DNA of 63,414 nucleotides, filler included, from Octopus bimaculoides (lineage: Eukaryota), in the NCBI RefSeq assembly GCF_001194135.2. It is 3 parts of 3 records of this genome, joined end to end, with 100 filler letters (N's around TTAATTAATTAA, not from the genome) between each part and the next. Parts side by side here need not be neighbours in the genome. Positions count along the whole stretch, not along the records: positions 51,474 to 63,414 come from NC_068981.1; 2 more parts are not named here. One strand, given 5' to 3'. The stretch's first letter is position 1. Every line of letters begins with the position of its first letter. Shown here piece after piece: positions 60,966 to 63,414 of the stretch. The notes beneath the pieces were generated by a model. The model searched no databases, had not been told where the DNA came from, and worked only from the letters and a program-made list of their open reading frames with translations. The position numbers and the translations under genes were made by a program.

Positions 60966-61559
60966 AAACAACGTATGAAATTGTGAAAATGAATTCATAT
61001 AATTTATAACATTTCCTACGCGATCAAATTTACATACATTTTTCAAATCATTAATGCCGGTTGTCTTGTTATAAGATTTAAAGGATAGTTCTAAACTCGT
61101 ATGGTTATGGTTTGCTTTTCATTTTAATCACTTTAGAAACACCGATCTAACAAGAGAATAGAAATCTAATTTACAAAAGCAATAGTCTGCAGTCATTAAA
61201 ACGCTTTCGTGACTCTCGTAAGAAATTTGAGTTCTCAATTATCTGCTAAGAAAATAATTGAATTTGTTTCGTATAAATGCGTTTAACTGTTGAAGTATTT
61301 TAACAAGAGCCTGGACCAATTTGTTTGCTATTCTTCCCTCATCTACTTCAACTTCCGTAGATGACAGTTTAATTTTTAACCCTCTCTACTAATAAGGAAC
61401 TCTATGTAGTCTTTCTCTATTGCAATGAAAACAGTCAAAGCTGGATTGTAGTGAAAAACAGAGTTATCAGTTGACACAGCCAAGAAAAATGATGGCCTGA
61501 AAACTGATGCCAAAGGTTACAGGAAGGACAAGAACAATGACAAAAGCTCAAAACGCCAA

Positions 61560-61720
61560 AAGGAAAAACGAAGAAGCACAAAGACAGAAACTGATGGAGG
61601 CCAGGTTGTATGTAAATTTTACTTAAATGGCACCTGCCGGCATGGAGAAAAGGGAAAGAGCTGCAGCTTTGCCCGTCCCAAATCTTATGAGGACAACAAG
61701 CGGAGTAACCTGAAACAGGA
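61560..61720 (+). pseudogene. CCCH-type zinc-finger remnant, likely LINE ORF1 fragment
   Basis: GGQVVCKFYLNGTCRHGEKGKSCSFARPK: C-x7-C-x8-C-x3-(H>R), preceded by a Lys-rich segment. Confidence 0.45.
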
Positions 61721-63414
61721 CCAATAAAAACAGGGAAATCCTCAAGCATGGATCTGCAGACTAACAGCACACCAACAGGAAGAAACGCGTCTCAGAAGAG
61801 TAGTCTTTCTTTCTTGCCCACAGTGCCACGTAGTGGTACTGAACCCCGACACTACATGGTTGCAAAGTGATCTCCTTGACCACTCGGCCACTGGGAAATA
61901 CTTTACAGCGAATCGTAGTCCCAGCAAATGAAATGACAAATACATTATCCAAAAGAATGGGCAACGAAGATGCTCTAAAAGAGCTGTTTCTTCGCACAGA
62001 GCTCTTTAGTGCAGATGGCCGTCCCTATCCCGATCAAACTGAGAATAGAATTGGCTCGGGGGCCAGTTCTGAACACTGAACGTTTCTAGCTCTTTAGGTA
62101 CGAAAAGTAATCTAGCGGTGAGCTACCAGTAACATGTCAGCTTTCTAAACTTTGAACACTTGTTGGGTGGTTAAACCTGGGTGTGAGTGATGACGCTGGG
62201 TTCACCAGGTTATTGCAGGAGAAACCATCTTTGCAAGTTAGATCGCATCCAAGATGAGAGATATGCCGCCTCGGAGCAGGATGATTATTTTCAGTTTCCC
62301 ATAAAAAAGCAAAAAAAAAAAAAAAAATTAAAAAGCAAAAAAAAAAAAACAATAAATAAATAAAATGTACTGGAGTCGAAGTCATCAATTATTTCCGACC
62401 CCAGCAAAATTGCTGGTCTTGTGCTTTGATATGAAACAATTACACTTTCTATTATAGGCACGAGGCCTGAAATTTGCGGGGAAGGAGTACGTCTATTACA
62501 TTGACCCCAGTGCGTAACTGTTTCATATCAAAATCGATTAAATAAGTACCAATTATGCCTATGTCCACCATCAGCGGGATTAGTAAGAAATAATTCATGA
62601 AATCTAGCAAAAAAGTATTATAATTGTAAAATTGTAATTGACAAACTCTCCAGTAGCACACTTCTGCCTGCGCAAGTGAGACGTGGGATATTAGGAAGAG
62701 GATAGAACATCGATTGGCTACGATGCTAAGGGCCCGGGTAAGATCCACGCTGGGAATATCATTACGAGAGCAAATTTCAAACGAGATAATTCGAGAACGG
62801 GATGCAAATTTTTTTTTTCCTACGAGAGTTCTGGATCTAAGTAATGAACTTTGGATACAGCCAATCAGAGCTCACCTTGGCTTCGTTGTCAAGTGAACAA
62901 ATACACTCTACCGAGTAAACTCAAGACGAAGAACGATGTTGTAAGTCGACCGATCACCAAGTTATGCCTGATTTGAGAAGGAGACAAGTAATTAGATAAA
63001 TTTGCATCTATACCAATTATCGGATTTTGTTAGGGTCCCATATGGTAAAGATGTGGATGGGGAAAATGTGGGAAGAGGGTGATGTGCTAGCAACCCTCTC
63101 CCCTTACTGTTTTACAAAGTAAACAATAACACAAATAACTACGCAGAGGCAGCCATGGTTGAAACAAGAACAAGAACAACAAGCATTCTTAAAAGAGAAA
63201 AGAAGCATGGTCATTCCTTACCTTATCGCCCATCACTTGTTATGCGCTCATAAATTAGTTTGACACTTGAGCTCTGAGTGGCTGTATGCAAATGAGTTCA
63301 TAACTGGGGTCCAGAACTCTCGTGGAAAAAAAAGTTTCGCGAACGGGATAGTGTGAACGATGTGATTTCAGAATACCGAAAGTACAAGTTCCGCTGAGCA
63401 AGATTCACAGACAA

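Noticed and set aside
446-62560. tRNA-like A/B-box sequences (e.g. ttctgagttcaaattcc, ggttccgggttcagtccca)
   Set aside because: These are SINE heads followed by conserved SINE bodies and tails. No complete cloverleaf tRNA gene was seen.

Overview
AT-rich, microsatellite- and transposon-dense animal genomic DNA from a gapped short-read scaffold. The SINE and LINE content suggests an octopus or other coleoid cephalopod (inference). Two spliced minus-strand genes can be reconstructed from GT-AG sites with consistent phases. (1) The first three coding exons of an RNF207-like RING/B-box gene (3245 to 1, running off the left edge). (2) The 3' part of an SVEP1/polydom-like extracellular-matrix gene, 11 exons from 22775 to 7562, about 2,109 aa: the C-terminal part of a pentraxin domain, 31 sushi/CCP domains, 3 EGF domains and a short basic tail. 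27 of the CCPs lie in one 4,857-bp exon. Between the genes is an unexplained 280-codon plus-strand low-complexity ORF. No further SVEP1 exon was recognised in 22.8-63.4 kb, which reads as one very large intron (unless an exon is hidden in an N gap). It is filled with decayed L1/Tx1, R4-like, RTE-like, Penelope, Gypsy, mariner and hAT elements and many tRNA-derived SINEs. Best leads: the giant CCP exon with a long loop insertion and an RGD; a family of minimal hammerhead-ribozyme-like motifs with an atypical core; a Penelope GIY-YIG frame interrupted by one TGA at a predicted Cys (possible Sec); the orphan ORF; and an unidentified fossil ORF at 48.1-48.6 kb. No CRISPR array, rRNA or intact tRNA gene was recognised.
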